64,000 nt of DNA from the human T2T-CHM13v2.0 reference genome, Homo sapiens, in assembly GCF_009914755.1 (NCBI RefSeq), contig NC_060942.1; one strand, written 5' to 3'. A model generated the notes under the pieces. That model searched no databases, was not told the origin of the DNA, and saw only the letters and a list, made by a program, of their open reading frames with translations. Of the stretch, positions 12,944 to 26,593 are shown one piece after another (positions within the stretch are counted from its first letter, which is position 1; each line of letters opens with the position of its first letter). Both the position numbers and the translations under genes were made by a program.

Positions 12944-13648
12944 TGTATACAGCACCTTTGACATAACTAACTCCATCTTAGAAAAGACTCCATTTCATTT
13001 TTTTCTCAGGGCATTTTGCCAACAAGGATAAGATGTTTTGTTTAATAAACAAATAAAAACTAAAGACTGCATCCAACCACATAAGGACACAGCAAGCACA
13101 CTCTTCCTCTAGCAGTCCTTACCAGAAGACTCTGTGTCCATCAAAGTCAGGCCTGCAGTGGCCTGGAACGGCCATCCTAACTGACACCATCTTCCGGTCA
13201 CCCACGATGACAGTGCGGGCATCTGCCTTGGAAGACTCTGCCCTCTTTCTTGCGAGACCGATGGACCATCAGGCCCAGGCCAGGACTCTTGTGGTCTTCT
13301 TCACTACCCCTGGACTGCTTCATTAACTCTTTCTCCTATTTCTTTTTCCTCTGATGTTAAATGTTACTTTGTTTATTGTGGAATGTTTAACCTATAACAT
13401 TTATATATTGATTAAGTATACTGTGATGTATGGTTTGCAGTATTGACGGACCTGTGAAGTGGCTTGAGCCTGTGTGCCCACAGCTCTGAATCCCAAGTGA
13501 GCGGGACCTGCTAAGGAGAATGCCTCCTTGGGAACTCCATGTAACCTGTGGCTTTTGTGATTAAAATAGCATCAATAAAAGCCTGGCATTGTGGAAAGAC
13601 CAAACATGTGTCGACCTGGTTATTTCTAACATTGCATTGCTCATGACA
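12944..13648 (+). mobile_element. ERV1-class solo LTR (MER72-like)
   Basis: TG...CA termini, 'aactccatcttagaaaagactccat', AATAAA at ~13574, end 'gctcatgaca'. Near-TSD gctta/gcttg. Confidence 0.7.
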
Positions 13649-13842
13649 GCTTGTCTTTAGGAAACTTCTAGGGTTCCTAAAGTCTCTTGGTAAAAAGGTT
13701 GGAGGAATTCATTTGACATTACGGTCATAACAAAATATGGCATCGTACAAGGTCCCATAACTCATGACTGCCCTGATCATGCTAGTTTTCATGAGTGGAA
13801 TGAAGTGGGGGGGAAGGTTGCATCCAGGGGCTCTTTAAGTGA

Positions 13843-14153
<311 letters not shown>

Positions 14154-14374
14154 TCGAGTGAGACTTTGTAGGCTTCTGTAGGTTCTCTCTGTCATGGCAA
14201 AAACCTGAAGAGGAAGGAAGGGGACTTTACATTACTGCTTTCAAATGTGAAGGGCACAGGTGCAACTCACCAAGACTGAAGTTACTTGCAGGACATCCTG
14301 AGGGAAGAAGAGGCTTTTGTTGATTGCATTTTTTCCCCCACAATTCCTACTGAAAGGGCAAAGAATGGACGTGG

Positions 14375-14600
14375 CACTCACATTCATTAAGTTTCTACTG
14401 TGATTCAGGTGTTATAGGGACTTTCCCTGTGATTCCGTCGTGTATCCTCACAGCATCACTTGAAGTAGAGAAAGTTGAGTCCATTTTATAGATGAGAAGG
14501 ATCTCAGTTGCGATAACTCAAGGAGTTTGCTGAAGATCCCTACTAATAGGTGGCTAAGCAGGATTCGAGCCCTAGAGTGTCAGATTTTACCCAGGTCTGA
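14375..14600 (-). mobile_element. MIR
   Basis: 'ccattttatagatgagaag', 'ggattcgagccc'. Confidence 0.6.
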
Positions 14601-16164
14601 CGGACTGTGGTTATGACCTCACTGTGCACTTATCAGACTAAGGATGTGGATTTTCCACTTCAGCCGTGGAGTCCACATTTGGCTCAGGGAACGCCGGCTC
14701 TGTCCCCACCTCTGCCTTTGCACATGGTGACCAGCTGTGGCTCTCGCCGGGGAAGAGATGGAGTGGAGCCAAAACTTCACATCAAAGACTCACAGGGAAG
14801 TGTGCACTGCTTCTTCCCGGATCTGGCCTCAATGGCATGCTTTTGGAGCTGTAAAAAATTAACCATGGCAAAAGGATTGGGGGAATCCTGTTGTGGAGGA
14901 CAAAAACTGTTTTCCCAGCTTTGTCCAATCCAATTACAAATGGTGACAGGTAGGTAGGTAGGTGGTGGATAGTAAAAAAAATTTCAGAGGTTTCTTTATA
15001 GTAAGTTCTCAGGGCTTTCACTGAGAAGTGAAAGAATCCCTGACCAAACAGTAAAAACTGCTTAAAAATAAAAAAGCAGCGATCAAAGCAGTAGAAATTC
15101 TTAGTTGGTTAGCAGGGCCACGGAATGGGATAATTTAACCTATTTTTCAAAGAATTAGAATAGTATAAAATATACTTAACACAATCTATGGAATATAATC
15201 ACTCAGAAACAAAAACCTATTGAGTAAACTCATTGTACCTTATTGTGCTTTGAGTAACCTCAGAGCTGCACAAGACTGCCAAGAGCTTTTAGTCCAGTGC
15301 GGAGACAGACATTTGAACAAGCACAGTCCCGAACAATTAGGACTACAGTTGCACTGTGGACCAATTCTATAGGAACAGAGGGGGCTGGAGGGTGGGGATG
15401 ACTTTGATATTGTGATATTTTCGCTGAATGCTGAAGAATGACTGGGATGTCAGCAGGCGCAGCAGAGGGAGAGAGCATTTCAGGCTGAGAGAGCAACGTA
15501 TGCAAAAATGTGAAAGCAAGAAGGGGCCTGATGTATTTGGTAACTGGCTTCAGGGCCATCATCCTGAGTATACGCGATCATACCTGATCATTCTCTCTGT
15601 TGCCAATGTAGAACATAGAATTCCAGTTTATTAGATGACACAACAAATTTTAATATAGGGTATTAGGATGCACAGATTTTGGATTTAAACAGACTTGGGT
15701 TAGAATCATGGCTCTGTGACATCATTCATTCATCATTCATTCATTCAGATACATAATATGCTTGGTACTGCATAGACTGAAATTAGTTAAGACATAGCAT
15801 ATGCCCTTAAAGATCTGCAAGTGCAGAAGTGGAGTGATGTGCAGATAGATACGAGGTGATGGGGAGGGGTGCTTTCACAGAGCCTATGTGAAGGCAAGTG
15901 GTGAAGTCAATGACTTCGAGAAGGTGGTTCCTGACCTGAGTTGTAAGCTTGACTGAGGCTAGGAGATAAGAGGAGGGTAGGAAAAGAGTGGGAGGGGAGT
16001 AATACAAAGACGGGGCAGAGAAATGAGGATGAGGAACAACCTCTGTTCAGGAGGAACAGCAAACAAGGCTATGTCCCTGGAGTGCAAGGGGCGAGCGGGG
16101 AACAGCAATAAATGAAGTCAGGTGAGCATGAGCAGGAGCTCTGTGAAGCAGGTTAATGGTTTCG

Positions 16165-16327
16165 CTGTGGCTGAATATTGGTATTACCCTAGAGAGTTTT
16201 AAAAAACTATGAACGTTCAAGCCCTACTACAAAAGATCCTGAGTTAATTGGACTGGTTGAGGCCGTGTTGCTTGTTTTTTAAGCTACCTGGGTAACTGAG
16301 GTGTACTCACAGTTGAGAACTGCTGCT
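16165..16327. mobile_element. MER5-type hAT MITE
   Basis: 'ttttttaagctacctgggtaactgaggtgtactcacagttgagaactgctg'. Confidence 0.6.
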
Positions 16328-16585
16328 GTGGGAACTTGGAGGCCATTAAAGAGTTTTAGAGTTTCTAGTAAAGGCACAGCACAGTCAGCACTGAAACATA
16401 GAAGCAACCTTCTGATGGAAGTCTGGAGGAAAGGTGGAGTGGGAGGTAGCAATATAAGGGAACACATTTAGGAAACCATTGTCCACAGGAATGGACAACT
16501 CGAGATTACAAGGGCCTGATTTAAGGCAGCAGTTCCAGGAATAGACAGGCAGGAATATTTGAGAAATATTGAAGAAGTAAACTCA

Positions 16586-16876
16586 GGCCAGGCCCGGTGG
16601 CTCACACCTGTAATCCCAGCACTTTGGGAGGCTGAGGCGGGCAGATTAACCCTAACCCAGGTTAATCCTGACCTAAGGTCAGGAGTTCATGACGAGCCTA
16701 GCCAACATGGTGAAACCTCATCTCTACTAAAAATACAAAATTAGCTGGATGTGGTGACAGGTGCCTGTAATTCCAGCTACTCAGGAGGCTGAGGCAGGAG
16801 AATCGCTTGGCAGAGGTTGCAGTGAGCCGAAATCGTGCCATTGCACTCCAGCCTGGGAGACAAGAGGAAAACTCCA

Positions 16877-16903
<27 letters not shown>
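16586..16903 (+). mobile_element. AluS with a 24-bp insertion in the left arm and a ~10-bp deletion in the right arm
   Basis: Alu consensus interrupted at 16647-16670; 'aatcgcttg|gcagagg' lacks aacccgggag; long A-tail. Confidence 0.95.
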
Positions 16904-16907
<4 letters not shown>

Positions 16908-17002
16908 GGTAAAATCAGCAGGAGTTGATTGATGATATTGCTGGAGAGGATGATGAGAGAGGATTCAAAGACAATTCCCACACTTATTGCTTGAATTTCT
17001 GG

Positions 17003-17136
17003 TAGGATGACAAATAAAATAGAAAACACCCAGTTAAATCTGTATTTCAGATAAACAGTGTAAGTATACCCCATGTGATATTTGAAACAAACTATACAAA
17101 ATAAAATCATATCCCCATTTGAATCTGACAATCCTA
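17003..17136. mobile_element. MER53-like hAT MITE
   Basis: 'cccagttaaatctgtatttcagataaac...aatctgacaatcct'. Confidence 0.65.
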
Positions 17137-17508
17137 GCCTCCAAGGTGGAAACATCAACTAAACAGAGAATACAGGAGTAGGGAATGCTCTGGTGTTGTG
17201 TTGATGACATATCCAGATTTGGACTTGTTATCTTTGTAATGTGAAGGTGGAGACAGCCAGTTGGCAGCTGGATGTTTAAGTCTGAAGTTTGGCAGGGATG
17301 TCCCGGCTGAAATCATCCGTATATTTTTGTAAAAATTGAAACCAGCAATGTGGCTGAATTTTCTAAGGCACACTAGGTAGAGTGAAAGAGGAGTAGTAGC
17401 CCAGGGTAGAACCCAGCTTTCTAGGTGAATTTGAGCAAATCATGTAATTTCCCTAAGCTTTAGTCTCCCATCTGTAAAATGGGGAATAAGGAAACACATG
17501 TCATAAAC

Positions 17509-17909
17509 TGTCTTAGTCCATTTTGTGTTACTATGATGAAATACTTAAGACTGGGTAATTTATAAAGAAAAGAGGATTGTTTTCCTCACAATTATGGTGG
17601 CTGGAAAGTTCCAGAGCATGATGCTGTTATCTGCTTGACTTCTGGTAAGGGCTGCTGTGCTAAGCAGAAAGGCAGGTGGACATGTTCAAAGAGGCACACA
17701 CAAGAGGCTGGGCTTAACTTGTAACAACCCGCTGTTGGGAGCTAATCTAGTTCTGAAGGAGTGAGAACTCACTGACTTCTGTGAGGTAGTGTTAATCTAC
17801 TCATAAGCGTGGTGCCCCATGACCCAAACACCTCCTACTAAGCCCCACCTCCCAACACTGCCATATTGAGGGTTAAATTTTAACATGAATTTCTAAGGGG
17901 AAACTCAAG
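17509..17909 (-). mobile_element. MaLR LTR (MST-like)
   Basis: 'tgtcttagtccattttgtgttactatg...gactgggtaatttataaagaaaagagg', 'gccccacctcccaacactg'. Confidence 0.8.
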
Positions 17910-17911
17910 TA

Positions 17912-18258
17912 CAGTCATGAATTCCTTAATGATGGGGATATGTTCTGAGAAATGCATCATTAGTCTATTTCATCACTGTGTGAATATCGTAGAATGCACT
18001 TACACAAACCTACATAGTACAGCCAACTACCCACCTAGGCTTCAGGGTATGGCCCATTGGCCCTGGCTACAAATCTGTACAGCAGGTTACTATCTTGAAT
18101 ACTGCAGGCAGCAGGAACACAGTGGTAAATGTTTGTGTATCTAAACATACCTCAATATAGAAAAGATACAGTATGCATGTGGTATTATTATTTTATGGAA
18201 CCACTGACATATATGTGATCTGTCATTGACCAAAATGTTGTTGTGTCGCACATGACTA
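17912..18258 (+). mobile_element. Tigger3a/MER7A MITE
   Basis: TIRs cagtcatg/catgacta flanked by TA; 'gttctgagaaatgcatcattag'; ~347 bp. Confidence 0.85.
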
Positions 18259-18552
18259 TATAATACCATGTAAAAGACTCTAGGTACCTTGCCTCGTTTT
18301 TACTTTCATTATTAACATAATTCTTGTCATCAATATCACTTAAATAGGTCATAAAACCAGTAAGGAAAAGATAAATCAGCGTATGTAAAGACAAATAAGT
18401 CAAAATATTACCAAAATAATATTCTTAATAAGACATAAAGGTGAAAGACAATGAAAATAAAAACAAGGTCTCCAAATGCGCATTATTTTCTGTAGTTCAA
18501 ATAATAAGAGAAATCAAAAGGGTGAATCCTCTAATACAATAATCTCAATTTT

Positions 18553-18584
18553 TACTACACTCAGCCAAAAGGCTGAGAAGCGAT
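18553..18584 (-). pseudogene. 3'-truncated (tailless) U2 snRNA retropseudogene
   Basis: Minus strand reads ATCGCTTCTCAGCCTTTTGGCTGAGTGTAGTA, versus U2 5' end ATCGCTTCTCGGCCTTTTGGCTAAGATCAAGTGTAGTA. 14-bp TSD tctcaatttttact (18543-18556, 18585-18598). Confidence 0.9.
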
Positions 18585-18806
18585 TCTCAATTTTTACTGA
18601 GTTTATTTTCCAAAAGATGCAGTAAAGAACAATAATTTGCAATCCCCAAACCACCTACCAACAATGTCTTTAACAAAAAGTTTATTTTCTTTTTCTTTTG
18701 GCTTTTGGGAAGCAAATGTTTGAATATATAAGTAATATTATTTTTCTACAGCAGGAGAAAGAATGTTAATTGTCTGAATTGACCTATAACTGTATACACG
18801 TTGGGC

Positions 18807-18884
18807 ATATGCATGTACACACACACATGCACACTCGCACGCACACATGCATGCACACTCGCACGCGCATATGCACATATACAT
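18807..18884. repeat. Alternating purine-pyrimidine (CA/CG/TA) low-complexity repeat
   Basis: 'catgcacactcgcacgc' occurs twice within a CA-rich tract. Confidence 0.85.
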
Positions 18885-21800
18885 CCCTGATCTCCCTTCA
18901 GACTTGTCCGGACATGTTGACCACACAGTAACTCACTGTTCTGTACATACAGAAAGAAGTGGGACCACCAGGGCTTTTCAATCTTGTGCCAAAGGTGGGA
19001 AATATATGCCCCAATGAAAAGAAAAGAGAACAAGAAATATTTGGAAAAAACGCAAGAAACTAATTCATCAAAGGACTCCATCTAGCCCATCTTGCATACA
19101 GTAAACAGGTTTAGAAAACTCTATCTTGTCATATCTCAAACAATTATTTCAAGCTTCTATTTAATAAACATTTCCTGTTTGTACTTTAAATGTGTAACAT
19201 CCCTACCCATTTCATCTGTCAGTCAAATTGCCAACATTTATTAAGTAACCTCAAAGTGCCTAAAACGATTATAACAAATAACTGTCAAGGAATGCAGAAG
19301 AAACACGACTTAGAGCCAGGCTCTGAGCTTCTGAGTTGAGAGTGGGGGCGGGAATGGGAGAAAGAGGTTGAGTTTAATTTATGAAAAGTTTCAAGATCCC
19401 TCCATACTAATGCATAGAGAGAAACACAGAAGACACAGGTAGCAGCGGCTTCCTTCATTAGATCATTTGATCATTTATTTAATGCCAATAGGCATTAAGA
19501 CCAACCCGGAGTTTGGCCCTGTGAAGGGGAACACGGAGGCAGACAGGCAGATAACCGACTTCCTATTATGCAGTGTGGTAGGGCTCTACTTAATGAAAAG
19601 AACAAAGTACTAAGAGAGAAGACCTTTGGATTAATTCTGCCTGGGTGGGTACCAGAAGGCTTATACTGAATTTTCCAGTTGGTTGCTCATATAGTCTTGA
19701 ATTTAGAGGATTTTTTTTTTAAAAAAAAACAAGCCCATTGCCTGATTTGTTATGGTTCAATACTCTTCCGGCAGAGTTAGTCCCACCTCCCCTAGGCAGC
19801 CCCCACACTTACTTCACGCCTCCATTATGGTGCAATTCTTTGTGTCTGTCTGCAGGGCTACCGCTGAAATCATGGGTTGTGCTTCATTCCTGTCTGCCTT
19901 CCCAGCACTGAGTACAAGGCATACAGTGGCTGTTTCTTACACATTTTTCTGTTTGAAGGAAGGAATGCCAGTGTGGAACTACTCCAGAAAAGAAGAGTCC
20001 TTAGGGTGGTCCCTTGAAGTGGGAATTCTTCCCCTCACCCTCTACCCCTACGCACACTTTCTTTTTGCTAAATGAAGGACAACCTAGATATTTGGAAGTC
20101 CTTGGGGCCAGAACGTGTGATACGATGAGTTGTCAGTTCCACATCTTTGCTGGGCAGGGATAGCTAGGGTAAGAGGAGAAATGAGTTGGATTCCAATGAC
20201 AAAATGATGGCTCAGCAGAGAGTAACAAGCTTAACCAATGAATTACAATTGCAAGAGGGGTTTCCTATTATTTCACACTGTCATAAACCATTGATAGGCC
20301 CATTAAGAAGGCCTCAGCCCAATTGTTTAATTCTCAGTTCATGATCAGGATTCATTAAGAAGCCATCATTATATCATAAGCCAAGAGGCCATACTGTTGC
20401 TCTTCTGTTCTTATTCTTTTGTCTTTTCCTATCTAGGGCTCTAAACATTCTTCAGAAACACACAAACAAACAAAATGTAATGAAGTAAACAGCATTCAGT
20501 AAGGCACATAAAAAGATAAAAAAACAAACATGCCAGATTTCCTTTCGTAAAAACTGGTTTAGAAAGGTCCGATTTGAAAAACTCTTTGGGAACTATCATC
20601 ACATGTCAGTAATCATTTCACTTTGTTTAACAGAGAAACAAAACACACTTTTGGTTTAATTAATAAAGCAGCATGGAAGAAAATGCTGAAGAGGAAGAAA
20701 GGTGATGATACAGACTCAGATCACGTTGTACTTTCTTTCTTTCTGCATAGTATGTCTGTCTTCTTTAATTATTCATCTGATGTAATCATAACAACTGTGT
20801 GTATGGAACCAATAAAAGATTTCCAAATATCTTCAGATCTGCAGTTTATTCTGAAGTCCAGATATCATTATCATTTGCTCTGTGCCTCTTTCTTCATGGA
20901 GTCAAACTTGTGTCTGGCACTTTCCAGACTTCTAGACACAATTAAACAATGGATGTCAGGAAAGGAAGGAGTGAGAATCTTCCACGTGTGTCTAACCTTC
21001 CCATGCTCACAGACAAAAACGTTAGTTTTCATCTTGGGCCAGGCCCTCAACCTCAGTATCTTTTTCCCATCCCACACATTAGCATTGGGAGAAAGAATAA
21101 AAGGGAAAAAGAAGACGTAAAATACCAAGAGCAGTTTTCCCACTGCGGAAGAGGCCACCATGACAGAGGAGGGCTCTTCCTGCCATATTTGTAGTGACCC
21201 TCCTTTTGCCTATAATAGGTTGAATGGTGGTTCCTGCCTCCGGTCTCATCCTTCTCCCACTTACCCTTCCTGTATCACTGCCAGCATCTGTACAATAGGA
21301 AAATATCCATTCTCAGTCCCAGTTTAGCCTCCTGTGAGTCCTCATCAACTGTAGAGCCCAGGCCAGCCTTTTTAGTTGGTGACCTCACTCCCAACCCAGC
21401 ATCCAACCCGTCTCCATGCCAGCTCTTCTCCAAGGTGCTGTCCTTTTATACAAAATCCTGCTCCACATTCTATTCCAGCCTGTTGAAATGGTTTCTCCTT
21501 TCTCTCTTGCTGGTGATAATTTTTTCTAGGCCCTGTATGAGTGTCTCCTGAAGTCTGTCCTTTAATCTCTCCCCCTAACATGTAGCTGGCCCAGACAGCA
21601 AAACGTAAAACAAAACAAAACCCTTTTCAGATAGAGCAGTGAGGGGCTATTGCTTATCTGTTGTGTGCGTCTAATTAGGATCCTAGAATTTCAGTTTTCC
21701 AGATGAGACAGGGTCTTCTTTATCCAGGTATCTATATCAAAATTACCTTGATGGGTTTTGTTAAAGGAATACTTGATTAAGAAAGCCAAGACTTTTTTTT

Positions 21801-22008
21801 ATTCATGAATTGTTGAAATAAATAAATAAATGAATGAATAAGTTCATAAATTCATGGTTAAAGCTAATCAAGAAAAAATACATCACTGGCGATAGACTCA
21901 TGTGAAATCCTCTGAAACATTTTAAATAAATATGTACATTCAATTTGGAATTGAAAAATGCCTATTGCCACCATTAATAAGAACATTTTTGAATTAAAAG
22001 AAGTAATG

Positions 22009-22301
<293 letters not shown>

Positions 22302-24448
22302 TCATTTATATACTCTCTACATGTATGTGTATATATATATAAGAAATGTATGTGTGTGTATGTGTGTGTATATATCTCTTCCTTTGGAAAACATAAAACC
22401 ATTATTTTAAAGTTAATCTTATGACTTTTTAATTATATATTCAACAAATTAAAGTTTACTAGCTTCCAGTTGTGTTCAAATTATTTATGCAGATCTTGAT
22501 TAGTTAAACAAAATTTACCAGACGGGGAACATGATTCATATTTATAAAGGCAAAATGCAACTAAATTATAGTAGTTTTTTAAATATCCAACTCTTCAGAA
22601 CCAAACTTTCAAAATCAGGTTTCTATTTTTATTTTTCAATAAAAAGTTTTGAAGATTTTAACTGACCCATGATTTTGAGAATACTATGGAGTATTAACAC
22701 AGATAAACTCATTTCAATGGATACGAATTAATCAAAGGTTTGTCTGGACTATTTTCATGTCCTCCCAGGAATTCTACAGTAATGGTAATTTTTTTGTTCC
22801 TTGCAATGAATAATTCAACTTTCTCAGTTACTATATCTTTAATAGTCATTCAGAAATAATTTAAGATTATGTGGCATTTGTCAAACAAAGGAAGACTGAT
22901 AAAACCAAGAAAGGTAGTGATCTGAGTTAATTATTTTTCTGTTTGCTCTAAAGAAAAGCAAACTCTTTAAATTCTTACAGATATCACTCAGCCACAAACC
23001 ACACCCCTCAGAAAACACACAAGAAATCCATAGCCACTTAAAAACACAAAACCAACGTGAAGCAATCCTGATGCTTAAGAGGCAAAGCTGCTTGGTTCCA
23101 CTTCCTGTTTCTAACTGTTGTTGACAGAGTACGTGACATGTGATTTCTGGCTCAGTATACTACAACAAGGGAATCATAGCCTACAGAAGACCCTTGAGAA
23201 ACACAAAACGGTGTGGTTGCCCTGTGGAGTTTATTCACCTGGGGTTTGTCCTCAGCACCTGGGAAGCATCAGGAATACACCAGCTTCTCAGAGGCAGGGG
23301 ATAAAAACAGTCTTGTGAAATATTCTCCTTCTCCTTCCCAAAAAAGTACCTGTGGAAGCTTAAAATAATAATTAAAATAATCTCAGAAACCTTGAGCTAA
23401 GGCTGGATTCAGAAAATTGTGTACACTCCTACATGTACACAGAACTTAGAGACATCTTTCTCATCTCCTTCCCAAGAGAAATAGATCTGTGGCTATCAGC
23501 ACTCACTAATTAAATTAATTATTTATCATACCTTCAACAGAATCAATTGTCTTTTATAGAAGTGAAATCTTCCAAAATCCAAGATAAAATGAAACCATTT
23601 TTAATGGCTGTACATAAATATTGAAGTGATTTTTGTATTCATTTAGGGTAGCTCTCTTGCTTTATGATTCTCCTGTGTTAGTGTCACTAGGCATTTTTTA
23701 AAGCTCTAAAATATTTTCCTATAATTTGCATTTATACTATAAATAAAAATACATTTCAATTTTTGAAATAGAATGTATTTTATAATCATTTCCATCAAAC
23801 AAATGTTACAGCTAAATTCTAAGTCAATTAAAAATACTTATGTAGAAGATGTATTATAAGCCTCCATGAGAAGTTTTGAGACTAGTCAAGGTTTAAAGTG
23901 TGACCCCAATAATTAAAAGGTCTTCAGTCAAAGTCACGTGAGGTCTCAGAAATCGGCCAGCAAAAATCCTTTATAAGAAAGGAGGCTGAGATGCTGTTGA
24001 CTTTTAGAGCTTATTTTCACATCAGCAGAAAAATCCCAGAAGGTCATGTTAGAAAAGGAAGAAAAAGAAACCCAATGTCATAACCCAATGTCAAGACTCA
24101 AGAAGTCTTGAGCTAGGAATGAAATAGGGGACCTGGGTTTTGTTGTACTTCTGACTCTTAATAGTGTGTGATCCCGGCAAGTTAGCCAGGGCAGGCCCCA
24201 GCCCTATCACCTCTAGGGTGTGTGACCTGAGAAGAGTTCTTTGGACTCTGTGCTTTCATGTTCTGGTCTGTGACACGGGTACAGAAGTGCTACCAACTTT
24301 GAAATTGTGATGATCGAATAATGCATTTCAGGAAGAACCTTCAGCAGAGTGCTTGACATAGAGCAAGTAACAACATATGGGCGAAGAATAATTTCCCAGG
24401 TCAAAGGAGCCTCTTGGCTTTGCTCCTCTGACCTGGGCTTCCGGGCCT

Positions 24449-24542
24449 CCTGTTGGTTCGGGCTTCATCTGTGTTAGGATGGCCAGGGAAGTCACCTGTC
24501 GGTTCGGGCTTCTTCTGTGTCAGGATGGCCAGGGAAGTCACC
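24449..24542. repeat. 46-bp tandem duplication
   Basis: cctgt[t/c]ggttcgggcttc[a/t]tctgtgt[t/c]aggatggccagggaagtca twice; 3 mismatches. Confidence 0.95.
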
Positions 24543-26593
24543 ACGTGGCTTCACAGGTGCAGAATACAGGGGTAAGGTGATATTTACATGGGTTACAGGG
24601 TTTTTAGGATTGATAGGATGGTATTTGTGTTTTAGGGAGTTAATGAAGGTATATGTGAGGTAACTCTGTAGGGAGAGACTGGGGAGGCAAGACCTGTGAG
24701 ACTGCTGCAGCAGATGTGTAGGAGAGGGTGGGTAGAGATGAGACAGTGTTTTAAATTGGATTCTAATTAGGTATGGGGAAGGAGGGAGAGGAAAGGGGCT
24801 CCCTCTGCAGTTCATGCTCCCACTGTCACTAGATGTGTTTGTCACATCCCTGTTTACAAAGCCTTCTATGGCATCCTGTTGCCCATAAGATAAACAGCAA
24901 GCATCTTAGCATGGCGGGATCCAGGTGCAGACCTTTTGAGCCACCCGCTGCCCCCAGCCTCCATGGACATCGTCTCAGTCACATTGGGTTGTTCCCTCCT
25001 CTCTGAGCTTTGCCCAGGCCACTTCCTCTCCCAGAGTGTCTCTGATGCCTGTTTCCTTCTTCTCGTCTGGTAGAATTCTCGTCAGTGTACATAATGCAGC
25101 TCACACCTCACCTTTTGATGTGTCCCCACTCCCATCCCCTCACTGGGTCAGAATGAATGGATTTGCTCTGCCGATACTTTGTTCATAGAGATGGCTGAGC
25201 CACATTAGAGGTGGTGAGATAGGTGACTTTCTCATATCAGATCATAAGGTCTTCAAGGACAAAGGGATGATCATATCCATCTGTGCATCTTTCCATAGAG
25301 CCAGAGCTTGAGGAGTTAGTAGAAGGGAAGGAATGGAAGTCTGGCCCTGGAGGACAGGCCTCATGTAAGAAGGGTGGACGATGGGTGTCCCATTTCCTTA
25401 ATGGACTGGGCAGTGGTGGTGGTGGAGGGGCCAGGCTGAGAGAGTGTGAAGGAAAGTGTGAGGGTAGAGCAGGTACAGCAAAGTCCAGGGGTCTTAGAAC
25501 CCCGATGTGCAGATATATCCAGGGATGAGGGTCATTTGCAGGTAGAAAAGACGAGGAGGAAGAACTTGCAAAGGCTGTTACTGGGGAATATGTCTTGGGC
25601 TCTTGGAAGGCCCTAAAGGTGAAAAAGATCCCCTGGAGGAGTCCGGGACGGATGGGACTGATTTTCTTTCTAACACGGAAACTCCCTGTAGCTGGCCATG
25701 GCATTCAGTAATCCATGGGACATTTCCCATCTGTTTTGTACTATAGAAGTGGCTTCTACAGAAAACATCAAACATAATCTTTTTAAAGTGCAACATTTAA
25801 GTTTTAATTGTGTATTTGCATCTGAGTGTCTCTTTGATATTTGACTAAAGTAGGTTATAAGATACCTATACGTTCATTTATATTTATATCTATACCTCTA
25901 TTTATCTATCTATATCCCTATAAACATCTACTCGAAATCATGTGGCAATAACCATTTTCTCTTCAATTTTATTGTACATCAGATCAGAATGGCTTTGAGC
26001 CTAGAGTCCCCAAAGGCTTAAACTATTTATTGCTGTTGGAAACCACCAGAGTTAGGATTATATTCAAAAGAGTAACCTTTTCTTTTCTTTTGGGTGGGTG
26101 AATAGGATGACCCAAAAGATTAAGTTCTAGAACATTTAATTCATTTGTTTCTCTCTTTCCAGAACTCATGGTGGCATGTTGCTGGAGCTGTAAGCTCACA
26201 TTATGTTTCAAAACAGGCTGGTGACCCAGACCCTTCACTGCCCGAGAACAAAGCCCAAGCAAATCACAGCTGGGCAGTTACCCTGTGTGTGGTGTATCAG
26301 CCCAAACTCTGAGGCTTGTCTTAGGCTCCGGACAATTGCCAACAGTGTTTACTGCTATTTTGAAACATCAGCTGGCACTCAGGCACCTCACATGCTGTTT
26401 TCTCTTTGTTGTAGGAAAACATTATTTTCCCTCTAGGAGTGACTTGCCATGTGTCAGAACTCTGCCCCAGTTTGTCTGGTTGAGAAATTTGGACAGAGAA
26501 ATGGGAAATGAGAGGGAGGAAAGAAGGCAGAATGGCAGATGGGGTAGAAGAAAGAAATGCCTGTTGATCCATAGTTCTGCCTATGTAGAACCC

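Larger units (their letters stand above)
15280..17420. mobile_element. Fragmented L2 with inserted MIR, MER5, Alu and MER53
   Basis: L2 3'-end-like 'cattcattcattcattca' and purine-rich degenerate L2 segments continuing across the insertions. Confidence 0.55.

Noticed and set aside
20623-21120. 165-aa plus-strand ORF
   Set aside because: Non-ATG start, AT-rich low-information peptide, no recognisable homology or splice support.
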